A DNA stretch of 63,942 nucleotides, filler included, from Reticulomyxa filosa (Eukaryota; Protista; Foraminifera), in NCBI GenBank assembly GCA_000512085.1. It is 27 parts of 27 records of this genome, joined end to end, with 100 filler letters (N's around TTAATTAATTAA, not from the genome) between each part and the next. Parts side by side here need not be neighbours in the genome. Positions count along the whole stretch, not along the records: positions 39,045 to 40,580 come from ASPP01042082.1; positions 40,681 to 44,293 come from ASPP01003075.1; positions 44,394 to 47,622 come from ASPP01037889.1; positions 47,723 to 50,376 come from ASPP01003990.1; positions 50,477 to 52,121 come from ASPP01000569.1; 22 more parts are not named here. One strand, 5' to 3'. This document shows, one piece after another, positions 39,141-50,679 of this stretch. Position 1 is the stretch's first letter; every line of letters begins with the position of its first letter. A model generated the notes under the pieces. That model was not told the origin of the DNA. It worked only from the letters and a program-made list of their open reading frames with translations, and searched no databases. The translations under genes were made by a program, and so were the position numbers.

Positions 39141-39692
39141 AACTTTGGTAAGCGACATGAGACCCCCTTCGGTTCTTATTAATTCACCACCCAATTTTAG
39201 CGAATGCAAACTCGTCTGAAAAAAACCCCCGGTGGTTCGGAAACGTGGGTCCGTCATAACCCTCGTTTTTAAAAGCAACATTGGGCTCATGACAACTCCT
39301 TGGACAAACCCTCCCATCCCTCCGGATAGGATATCGCGTTGCCATTTTGTCATTTTTTCTGATGCCGAACGCTCCAATATGCGCTTCGCTGCAGCTTCGC
39401 CAAAGCCAAAAGACGAACCTTTGATCGAGGCTTGCAGCGCACCCCACGGCACAAACCCGTCCAATATGCCCACTATTCCTTTGTTGGCTATCATACGCTT
39501 GGTTATCGTTGCGTAACTATCGTTCGTTGTCTGCTTCAGTATTTTCACCATCTCAAAGTAATGACCCCCGCCCACTGCCTCAAACAGTATTGTCACTGTT
39601 CCAGAAATAAATAATTTTGCGATTGGATTCTCTGTTTTTTTTTCGGGTTTCTTTTCTTTCGGTGCACCCTCTTTTGCCAGCTCTTTCGCCAT
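39141..39692 (-). CDS. Mitochondrial carrier (SLC25), Yhm2-like citrate/oxoglutarate carrier type, 3' truncated
   Basis: 'GHYFEMVKI', 'GILDGFVPWGALQASIKG' and 'SGGMGGFVQGVVMSPMLLLKTRVM'. Confidence 0.8.
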
Positions 39693-40680
39693 TTCTTGCT
39701 CTGTTCGAGTTGGAGTTTAATATCTCAACTTTTCAATCGTTTTCACAACAGGGATTGGGTTGAGCAATAGCCACAAAACACTCTTTCACCCAATTAATAC
39801 CAATTTCAAGTTTTATTTTCTATTAGGTTTTTTTTTTGACTAATTTTCATTTGCAGTGAAAATATTTTGTATATTTAAAACTAAAGAGAACATTGACGAA
39901 ATACAATGAAAAAGAACAGATAGACTGTTTAGGACTGACACTTTTTTTCAAAACAAAACAATCACCTTGTTCTATTTCATTTAAATTCATTACTTTTTCC
40001 AAAAATGTAATTTCGCAAACGTGCTGATTGGTTTTTTTTAAAGTTTTCAAGAAAATGACATACACAATCTGAGAATAGCAATTCATATTGATAGTATACG
40101 AATTTGTTTATAAGTGGAGTTTATTATACACAATGTATTTGTAGCAAGTATAAACAGATTGACATTTGAATATCATTATTAAACAAATCAAACATAAATG
40201 TTTATATGCCATTTAGAAAAAAAGTAACAAAATGTATTTTTAATTTTATCTATAATTTTTTATCTTTTTCTTGTGATAAAAGTCTTTCATTAGATTCAAT
40301 AATAAACGTTTGTTACAGTAAACTAGAATAATTATATTAATTTCTTTTCAACAGTCGCAACAATGCTAACAGTTTATAAATAATTTGATTATTGCATATG
40401 TCTGCAACTCAAATTTTCATTGTCTTTTTGTGTAACTAGAATGTCAGTCGATTTGATTAACTACATCAATAATAATGCAATCGATTGCAAGATATCGTCA
40501 TCCCTTTTAGCATAATGTGTATTTATTTAAAAAAATTTTTACGCAAAAACATTTGTATGAGTAGTATGTATATATTATATNNNNNNNNNNNNNNNNNNNN
40601 NNNNNNNNNNNNNNNNNNNNNNNNTTAATTAATTAANNNNNNNNNNNNNNNNNNNNNNNNNNNNNNNNNNNNNNNNNNNN

Positions 40681-41496
40681 AAACTTAATCACAGGACGTA
40701 TACTGTTCCAAAAAAAAAAAAAAAGGAAAAAAAGAAAAAAACAATAACTTTTCCATGACAATGTACAAATATTTTTTGTTTTTCAAACAAGTCCAATAAT
40801 TTGACAATCGACTTGTGATCCAATTGTTTGAGTATCTGAATTTCAGAACGCAAAGCCTTCTGGTCACAGCAGCGCTTGTCAACAATTTTTATTGCGCATT
40901 CTGCCCCAGTAATACGATGCTCTGCTGCAACTACTTTACTATTTTGACTTTCGCTGGCTCCCAAAGTTTTCAAAAATCTTTTCAACAAATAAATAACAAC
41001 AACAAAAAAAAGTATAAGTTTTGTGTGTCCCCTTTTTTTTTTTAAAAAAAAATTATTTATTTTTAAATCCAAACCTGTAGATATCTTTAATCTTCAAAGT
41101 TGATGCCTTTTGAATGTTTTCTGCCCAAAAACGGCACATTTGGGGAGAACCTGCACGAAATTGTAAGTTTAGGTAACGAATCTTCAATTCAAAGGTGGTG
41201 TCAGTGTTTGTTATCGTTGATGCGAAATTGCTTCCTTCCAATGGGATGACTTTTTCAAGTTCTTCACAATGCTCAGTCGTTCCACACAACAAAAAGTTGT
41301 TGTTCAGCACAAAATAACGTCGGCGCCACACTTTATTCGCATTGTTGCGAACATCCAAATACCCTTGACAAGTTGAATATTTCGGAAATGGGCTCTTTCG
41401 CTCTGCGTGTGCTTGGTTCTCACTTTGCACACGATCACGAAATCTTTGTTGTTTGTCAGTAGAATCATCCACTGTTAATCTTTGATTTCTAATCAT
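40681..41496 (-). CDS. PH-domain + CAMK-type Ser/Thr kinase, spliced, 3' truncated
   Basis: PH: 'QGYL...WRRRYFVL...IPL...FEL...FRA...W'. Kinase: 'AIKIVDK', 'EIQILKQLDHKSIVKL' and 'YLYIVME', the last reached through an A-run frameshift near 40775. Confidence 0.85.
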
Positions 41497-41882
41497 TCTC
41501 TAAAGATCTATCCTTAATAAAAAAAAATGCAACTGTTTATTTTCTTAAAAAAAGTTTTTCTAATTGGGACTTCTGCAAAAAAACTTAGAGCAAAGTTGCA
41601 AACTTAAAAATAGAGACCTTCTGACAAACGCATATATAATAATTAATATAAATTACAACGTGTTAAAATAAAAAAAACAAAACAAACTAAATAAACAAAC
41701 AAAATATCCAAAAATAAAAATTGAATTTACAGACGCAATGTACAAGCGAAAACAACACATATTATTTCGATTTTTGTCAAGATGAACTTACAAACTATAT
41801 CTTCATCCAAAAGATTGACGACGCTTGACTGGCACAACGTACGGTTTAGTAGTTTTTTTAAATTCACAAACTTCCAGGAGGC

Positions 41883-44293
41883 ATGCAAAACGAATCAAAG
41901 ACAGGAAAGTATGAAGCAGAAATGAAGGCGTTGATAAAATTATACGGTGACGTGGTTAAAGAAGATATGTTGAGGACACAGCTGGAGCAAAGTAATGGAA
42001 ACGTATCAGCTGTGACTGACCAGATCACCACTACATTGCTGAACAAGAAAGTAATTTGCATTTTTGCATAACAACAAAAAATATAATACATACTAAATCA
42101 TTTTTGCATCACAAATAAAACAATAAATAGATTACTGTTCAAGACTCAATTGAAGAGAAAAACACTCAACAAGTTAAGAATATTGATTTTGTCTTTCCTT
42201 TTTTTTTTCACATTGTTTTTTGATATATTTGCGCAGTAGCGTGTATTTTATTTTATTGACCGTGCGAATTAAAAAAAAAAAAGGTAATAAATAACAAGGA
42301 TGAACTAAACGCTGAATTAGAACAAGTGTCAGATACATTGAAAAAAGAAGAAGAAAAAGTAGAAATCGGAGAAACTAAACCTGGAATTAATCTGCAAGGA
42401 TATTGCATAAATATAGATTGTTTAGCTTCAAAAGCAAAATTACCAGTTTGGGTAAATCTTGAATTTAATAATATTTCATTTAACTCGGACAAGACATCTT
42501 ATTGTTGTCCAGACTGTGGACAATCCACTGTTACATCCATTTCAAGGGCAATGCTTTTCAATTCAGAACATACTATCAGTTCAAGTGACAATACTATCCC
42601 TGTGAAAGATAACCATTATCAATGCTTTTATTCAATTAAATCGGGATTATCTTATGAAGTGGAATCCAAGAAAATAAGACAACGTGCAACGAGTCTGGAA
42701 GATCTAATTACTCGAAGTGAAGATGCAATGACAAGTAGTGAGATAATCAATTTGGTGGCTGAATTACAGAAGTATCTGATAACAGTAGTAAAACCACCCA
42801 AAGTAAAAGATAAGGTAAGATTGTTAGAAAAGATCCAGTATGATTATAATGGAGATTATAATCAAGTATTTGATGTTGGAAGATTTACAATTTTATGTGA
42901 TAATGCAACCAAATTGCAAACAGCAGTGGCAGTAATGAAAAAGGCAGAAAAATTTAATCTAATTGTATCTGAGGATAAAGATTTTTTTGAAAGACAATCA
43001 AAGACACATCACAGATTCCATAATATTAAATTGTTTGTTCCAAAACATGATGTATATGTGGAAATGCAAGCAACATTAAAAAGCTTTACGACATTGGAAG
43101 GATACACAGTAATTGAAAATCCAAAATTAAGTCATCTTTTTTTATGAACATATCCGAGCGTGGAAATCAAAGAATTCAGAAGAAGAAGAAGATCTAAAGC
43201 AAGCAAGTGATGAAACTTTAACAAAAATTAATGATATTATTTGTGAATGGATTGACGACAGAGGAATACAAAAATTAGCAAATCGTTATAAATCACATTT
43301 GGATATAGGAATATTGAAACCATCACAACTATCCAAAAATGAATTGGAAATTAATAATAACGCGTCGTTGAAAATGGCACAATTTGTATATGAACAGCTT
43401 TGTAAATTCACTCCAGAGAAAATGAAAGGAAAAGCTATTTATGTAATTTTATATGAATATTATAAAAGATATATAATTGGAGATAAAAATCCAGCAAGTT
43501 GTGCTGATTTTGCATTACTACTACAAGAATCAAGGAAGCAAGAAATGGAAGAAGATATCACAATAGCACAAGCACTTGAAACATATATTCCATTACAAGC
43601 AAACAACTATCCATATGAAGATAATGAAAAAAAAGATACATTTGATTGTCATCAACATATCATTGAATTTTTAGAGGGAAAAGAAGTATCAGAAGAAAAA
43701 AAAAGTGAACAACAGGAACATAAAAGAAAAGTAATGATAGTTCAAGGAAAATCAGGGTCAGGAAAAAGTATATTTTGTCGTCATTTGGAGGAAACATTAT
43801 GGAATAATTATAAAAATGATTCAAAACAACCTATTCCTGTTTATATTTCTTTTCCAAAGATTTATAATATAAAAAATGAAAAGGATATCATTTTACAAGC
43901 TTTACAAAGTAGACATATCAGTAAGGAAAGTATGAATGCAATTCGTGAGAGAGTACCATTTGTATTCATTATGGATGGTTTTGATGAAATATTTGATAAA
44001 TACAGTCAAAGTGATAACAGTGATAAGTATTTCTATGATCGTTTTCATTTAAATCAATGGAATGCAAAAGTAATTGTCACTTGTCGAAGTAAAGTATTGA
44101 ATGACGAAGATGTTACTATTACTTTAGTTGGTGTAAATCAAAATCAAAGTATAATAACATCATTGATGTATTTATGGCCATTTACAAAACAACAAATTAA
44201 TAGTTATATTGAAAAATTTGCAGCAATAAAATCCAAAGATAAAATAAATAATGATTGGACACCTAAAAAATATGAAGAAACGCTGAACAATTA
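41883..44293 (+). CDS. NLR-like protein: CUE/UBA-like + Cys4 Zn domain + RelA/SpoT-like nucleotidyltransferase + NACHT NTPase (3' truncated; +1 frameshift in T7)
   Basis: Exons 41883..42050, 42131..42172 and 42284..> are GT-AG and phase 0. Synthetase-like motifs '[11 protein letters not shown]', '[13 protein letters not shown]', 'KDFF..HHRFHN', 'VEMQ' and 'HLFYE.IR'. Walker A 'GKSGSGKS' (43746) and Walker B 'FIMDGFDE', then 'KVIVTCR' and 'LWPFTKQQI'. Confidence 0.85.
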
Positions 44294-44393
44294 NNNNNNN
44301 NNNNNNNNNNNNNNNNNNNNNNNNNNNNNNNNNNNNNTTAATTAATTAANNNNNNNNNNNNNNNNNNNNNNNNNNNNNNNNNNNNNNNNNNNN

Positions 44394-45611
44394 GACATCG
44401 CAAGCTCTTTGGTCGAAGACTAGATTGGAACTTCCGACAGTTTGACAGACCAAAACACAACAACAAAACAGTCCAACTAAAAAATTGATGATGAGTTTGG
44501 ATTTGTGTGTGTATGTGTAAATAAAAATATAATAGAATAAAGAAGGAGCGAAGACAGTTTAAGAAAGATGCAAAATTGGCAAGAAAGCTGCACGGTCGCA
44601 GAGCGAAGCAGCTGACAAAAAAGAGATATAAACAAAAGATCGAATTGAAGAAGCAAATCAACGCACATCAAGAAAAGGAGGATAAACACAAAAACGAGCA
44701 AGCGACGCCAGAGGGAGCCGTCCCTGCATATTTGTTAGACAGAGAAGGAGTATCTCGTTCCAAAGTTAAGTTTGTTTGTTGTTTTTTTTTTTTTTATAAA
44801 AAAAAAAGGGATCAAGTTTGAAAAGTTCATTGTTGACAAGTATGTTTGGGGGTGGAAAATAGGTATTGTCGAATACGATAAAACAAAAACGCAAAGAAAA
44901 AGCAGGCAAATGGGATGTCCCCATTTCAAAAATGCGAGCAGTCCCTGAAGCAGAAATATTCAAAGTGTTACGCTCTGGGAAAAGACAAAGTTAGTAATTG
45001 ATGTTAACAACACACACATACACACATATATTCACTTGCAATGATGGCAATTGGGAATTGCAAAATATTTGCAAACATTCGTGAATACACGTTTGTGTGT
45101 CTGTTTAAACAGAAAAGACTTGGAAACGCATGATTACAAAAATGTGTTTTGTCCCACCACATTTCACTCGTAAACCTCCAAAGGTATACTTTTTTTGTTG
45201 TTGTTGTTGTTGGTTACCCCCTTTTCTCGTTTGAGTTTCACACTATATATTGTCTCCGAAAGCAACAGCGCAATATTGACACTTTTCTCTTGCGTTTGTG
45301 TCTCTGGGGGGGGCGGGCTTTTTTAGTTTGAAAGATTTATTAGACCTGCTGCTTTGAGAGCAAAACGCGCACATGTAACACATCCCGAATTGAAAACGAC
45401 GTTTTGCTTAGATATCATTGGAGTAAAAAAAAATCCACACTCGCCACTGTTCACTTCACTAGGAGTGATAACAAAAGGGTCCATCATTGAAGTAAACGTT
45501 AGTGAACTAGGTTTGGTCACACCTGGTGGTAAGGTTGTGTGGGGAAAGTACGCCCAAGTTACTAATAATCCCGAGTTAGATGGATGTATCAATGCTGTGT
45601 TATTAGTATAA
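44394..45611 (+). CDS. NSA2: Ribosome biogenesis protein NSA2, spliced, 5' truncated
   Basis: '[11 protein letters not shown]', '[14 protein letters not shown]', 'FTRKPPKFERFIRP' and '[12 protein letters not shown]...[24 protein letters not shown]'. Confidence 0.97.
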
Positions 45612-47170
45612 TTTAATTTTGCTGAGTTTAACCATCTATTGTTTCAAAGCACTTGTTTTGTTATGGATTGTCATGATCCGACTTACACGTTGAATTATCC
45701 TCATTATCAGTTGTTGTTTTTCCTTTTTTTTCTCTGGCCTTTTTCAAAAGTGGAAAAAAAAAAGTTGGTTTTGAAACTGCAACACTGTGAATTATGACTC
45801 GTCCTCTCCCTTGGTTTGAAAGTATTTCTGATTTGCCTGTGGGATGTACATTTAAAGTCTGATATAACTCACTTCACAACTAACTTCTCAAATATAGTCT
45901 ACACGAAAGATTTGTCGTAAAACTATTAAAAGAATAAGTGTATACTATATTCAATATTCGCTCTGTTTCGTTGTCTTTAATCACAAAACGTTTAGAAATT
46001 TTCTGTGCGCAAATAACGTATTGATCTCTTTCAATCAATTACAAACAAAATCAGATCATAAGATAAATTAAAATCTCATTTTTGAAAAAAAAAATTGTGA
46101 TACATGAACAAAATTTTGGAGTATCTATGTAACATTTGACACAATATATTTATCAACTAGTTGTGTGACAAACTTGATCCTGATAAGTAGAGTTCTGAGT
46201 AGTACATTGTCCTAGAATTGATCAAGCTAGGATTGGTGCATGAAAAGGAAATCGAATGGAACGAATGTCGCATATTATATATTGGAGTACCGTTGACGGT
46301 TCAATGATATAATCCAGTTAATGTGAAAGCTACAAGATTACATAGCGCGCGATATGTAATGGGTGTGGGTAAGGGTTCTATGTGTTAAGCATTCAACTGG
46401 AACTAGTCATAAGGGCATAGGGATAGGGTATATAAGCACCGGTAGGCACCGGTACAAATTTTTTATATTATATATAAGATATTTAAATAAAATTTTTTCA
46501 TCATCGCATCAATTTGCAAGTGTTTTCACATCATGATATATTTATTGAAAATTTCAGTTAGTTAATGATGATAATGCAATTATTTTGTTTGTTCAATCAA
46601 AATATAAAGAAATAAAAAGTTAATTTTTTAATAAAAAAAAAAGAATGCACAATGTTGTGGTTAGGACAAAAACACAAACACTGCGCTCTTTTGCTGGATT
46701 TGTTGAGTCCACTTTGCCTGTCTGCTTTGAAAAGAACTCATGTAATTTTTTTTAGAAAGAAATTTGTAAATCCGATCTTCCTTTGGCAATTTCGCAAACA
46801 ACGGAAATATATCATTTGCTTTAAGTTTGAGAGACCTGACTTACCTCTTTTTAAGGGAAAAAATTTTGTCCAAAATTTAATTTAACTTTTCAGTTGTTTG
46901 CACCTAAATTGACTTAAAACTATAACAATTAATGAAAACAAGTTATAAAAAAAGATCGATTCAAAGTTGTATCTTTTACTTTAACAGTATCTTTCCAATT
47001 TTCAGCACTACTATTATCAATTGAAACTAGCGTGAGATTAGCAACTATATTTGCTACCTTTGTTTAGGGAGCCAGTAAGTACGAAAACCGTTGTTTAAGA
47101 CCAAGACGTCTCTTTGCAAGAGACAAGCAGACAAGAAAGGTTAAAAAATCTTGAAGTCTCGTTGTAAGAA

Positions 47171-47560
47171 ATGGCTACCGAAGAAGGCAGCACGGAAGGT
47201 GATGAAATACATTCAGATGAAGTCCTGGATGATTCCACCACGTACCAAACCAAAAAGGACAACCCGACCGAAGACGTGACTCATGACCGATCACTGAGCA
47301 GCCGAAACTTGATTCGTCCACGAGAAGTGGAAGAATGGGAAGCAGCAGAAGTGAAAGAAATGGAAAGCTCAATGAAACAAGAGCTACGAAGATTGAATCA
47401 CGAAAGCGTTCAATTTCAAGGCAAGGCCTATGGGTTCGATGCACACGTAATGAGTGGCTATCTAAGCCGACCAGAAAACGAAGAAGAGCAATTGACAGAA
47501 AACGAGCAAACAGACGCCGACACCACGATTACCGAAATTCGAATGTCCAAAAAAAGAGTT
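47171..47560 (+). CDS. Hypothetical acidic protein, first exon (truncated)
   Basis: ATG-initiated, coding-like ORF that runs into an intron-like T/A tract at the contig end. No family recognised. Confidence 0.45.
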
Positions 47561-47581
47561 TATACATACATATGCATAAAA

Positions 47582-47619
<38 letters not shown>

Positions 47620-47722
47620 TAANNNNNNNNNNNNNNNNNNNNNNNNNNNNNNNNNNNNNNNNNNNNTTAATTAATTAANNNNNNNNNNNNNNNNNNNNNN
47701 NNNNNNNNNNNNNNNNNNNNNN

Positions 47723-48404
47723 TCGACCTCTTTCATATACTACTTCTTCTTCTTCTTCTTCCTTGTGTTTGTTCATGTTCATGTTTGTATCCGTGTCCGT
47801 GTTCTTGATCTTGCACTTGCACTTGCTCTTGATCTCGATCTCGGTTTTGATCTCGACCTTCATCTTGGTCTTGATCATGTCCTTGCTCTCTCTCTCTCTC
47901 TCGATCTTGGTCTTGGTCTTGGTCTTGGTCTTGGTCTCGGTCTCGGCCTCGACCACGAGCACGACCACGACCACGAGCGCGTCCTCGCCCTCGTCCCCGT
48001 TCACGTCCACGAGGGAAGGTGTCATGTTCGTATTCGTATTCGTCTCCGTGCTCATGCTCATGCTCATACTCATGTCCATGCTCATGACCGTATTTGTGTT
48101 GGTGTGAATGTCCATGTGTATCATATCTGACGTCTTCGTACTCTTGTTCTTGTTCTTGTTCGTCACCCTGCTCGTGTCCATGGCCATGGCCATGACCATA
48201 CCCATACCCATACCCATACCCACGTCCACGTCCATGTCCATGTTCATGTCTGTATCCGTGTCCGTGCAAATCACTTTGACCACGTCCTCGTTCTCTTTTG
48301 GTCCTTTCTGGTCTTTTCACGCTGTCACTTGCTGTGCTCTCATCGATCCAATTATTATGCATTGCTTCTTCGTCGTTGTCATCCTCCTCCATCCATTCTC
48401 TCAT
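47723..48404 (-). CDS. Low-complexity dipeptide-repeat protein fragment (HG, YG, HE, RG, DQ, RE blocks)
   Basis: The 223-aa frame is built from hexanucleotide microsatellites. It is preferred because of its non-repetitive start 'MREWMEEDDNDEEAMHNNW'. Confidence 0.45.
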
Positions 48405-49183
48405 AGTTTTTACTGTCGCTGTTTTATTTTGTTTTGTTTTGTTTTATTTCGTTTATTTTTGCACAACGTCAAACAACCACTGTTCACTCAACAAGTTGCA
48501 CCGCTCCCACTGTCGGATTGTACTTTCGCCGACTGTCTATTTCACAATGTTTGCTTCATTTACTCAATTCATTTGCTAAACGTTCTTTTCAAAAAAAAAA
48601 TAAATTAATAACGCTTTGTTCTGGATTGTTGGACATCTTGTTGGGAGACCAATATGCGATTCAAATCAACAAGAAGAAAAGATTGGGGTCACTCTGTTCA
48701 CTAGTCGACTTTTCCCTGTCATTTATTTGCTCTTACACTCTAACATTTCATCTTCTGAAAAATAGAGTTAGAATTTTACATATCTTTCGTAACCATGAAA
48801 TCATGTTCAAGTTTTCAAGCAAGTCTAAACTCGTCACAGAAATAAACAAAAAAATTTGCACATTTTTAGATTTTCAAAATAAATAATTTCTCAAAAGACT
48901 GATTTATCTTTTAAAATATTTTTCATTTTGTTTTCGCTTTTTGACATGACCATATTTTCTATTAGAACGATAATTAACTTATGATACGTTTTTATACGGA
49001 TCAAAATGTACAATTGACCTTAGATATGCCATTTAATTAAACAACGCACATCCATGATAATTTTACTTTTGTAATGGATCTCTAGATACCACATTGTCAG
49101 TTGTGCGAGAATAATGATGACAACAGCTGAGCCTGTAGCAACAAACTTAAAAAACGGCATACCTTTTTTTAAAAAAATCTGTC

Positions 49184-50350
49184 ATGGGGCCAACGAAACA
49201 TCTCAAATCACAGACCGAAAAGTCTAAATGGTACGAAGTCGAGTTAAATTCATTCAATTTGATATTAATGCTAGCAATAGCCTTTATTTTGGCGCTGCCG
49301 CTGTACAATATGATGCAAAAGAGCCAAACAAGTGATGTAGTAGAAATGGGGTCGGAAGTGGCAGAAGTGAACATTCCAATTGATGTAGAAAGAGACGTAC
49401 CACAAGTGGCAATGTACTCGAAGGAGTGGAAGAAGTCGATCCAAGGAACAAAGGACGACGTGCACATAGTATTTACAAGCAGTTGTTCGGGTTATCAAAA
49501 CTGGCAAGCGGAAAACCTGTTATATTCGTGGGCAAGAATCCAACACCCCGGGAGGATAACCCGAGTGATAGCAGGTTGTCAAACAGAAGAGGACAAAGCA
49601 AGGGCAAATCGTACTGCAGTGCCAAACCCTGAGAATCGCATTCAATTTTTTTTCGTCCCAGACTATACTCCATCCAGGTCAAAAGTATTACTTGAAATAA
49701 CTTTTGTTATTATTATTGTTGTTGATTGGGTGTGTTTTAATTTTTTGAATAAATAAATAAATAATTAATTAATTAAATTTAAAAAAAAAAATAAAATAAA
49801 ATAAATAAATATGAATAAGTAATATAGTGATCAAAAAGGTGTCGATGTCAGCTATCGTCCGTTTTTGTATTTTAATAAGCCTTATGGAATGCTCCGTTGG
49901 CTAAAAGAAATGACAAAAAATGCGCAAGTGCAAGAAGAGCGCGAATTGTATGAGTCGTTTGTGATTTGTGTCGACCCGGATATGATATTGATGCGACCGC
50001 TGTTGTTCCATCTCCGTGACGTTGCACACGCATTTGCCAAGGAACGCGGTATGCAAGAGCAAGACTATGACAAAGTGTGGCTACGCAAAGGACATCCAGT
50101 TTCGCAAAAATATGGGATCGGCCCCAAATGGACCTTGTGGGGACATTGCCCGATGGATCGTCCTGGCTGCGCCAAAGTCGATGAAAAAGTGGCTTGGAAC
50201 CACTACAGCGTGGGCCCTCCTTACATGATGCACACCGATGATTGGCTAACCATCACCCCTCAATGGGTCGAATTTTCCCCAGGAGCCTTGGAAAAGACCA
50301 CAACCTTCCATTTGGCTGAAATGTACTCTTATTCTATTGCCTGCGCGTAG
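49184..50350 (+). CDS. Type II membrane glycosyltransferase of the HPAT (GT95) / peptidyl-serine galactosyltransferase (GT96) clan, spliced, 3' truncated
   Basis: N-terminal TM, 'HIVFTSSCSGYQNWQ', 'PGRITRV', 'FNKPYG..RW', DxD motif 'VDPDM', 'GPPYMMH' and 'LAEMYSYSIA'. Confidence 0.82.
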
Positions 50351-50476
50351 TTAAGTATTCATATATATATATATATNNNNNNNNNNNNNNNNNNNNNNNN
50401 NNNNNNNNNNNNNNNNNNNNTTAATTAATTAANNNNNNNNNNNNNNNNNNNNNNNNNNNNNNNNNNNNNNNNNNNN

Positions 50477-50679
50477 AGCAATGATTGAGCTTAAAAGAAG
50501 ATCCAGAGAATTATTATCAGCCTTAAATAATAATACTTTGAAAGGTTTAAAAAAATTTCTTGCCCACCTTATAAAAGCTTGGTCGAAATTCTCCATAAAA
50601 GATAGGTATAGACACACTAGGATATCCACACTCTCTGCCATAAAACTGATTGTCATAAACCCTTAACTTGACGCGTATG
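50477..50679 (+). mobile_element. 3' end of an IS4-family (IS231-group) insertion sequence
   Basis: A basic ORF tail stops inside CTTAACTTGACGCGTATG (50662-50679). Its reverse complement, CATACGCGTCAAGTTAAG, resembles the IS231 terminal repeat CATGCCCATCAACTTAAG. Confidence 0.6.

Noticed and set aside
41883-44293. Possibility that the RelA/SpoT-NACHT gene is bacterial contamination
   Set aside because: It has two clean spliceosomal introns in the same style as host genes and shares its contig with a eukaryotic PH-kinase gene.
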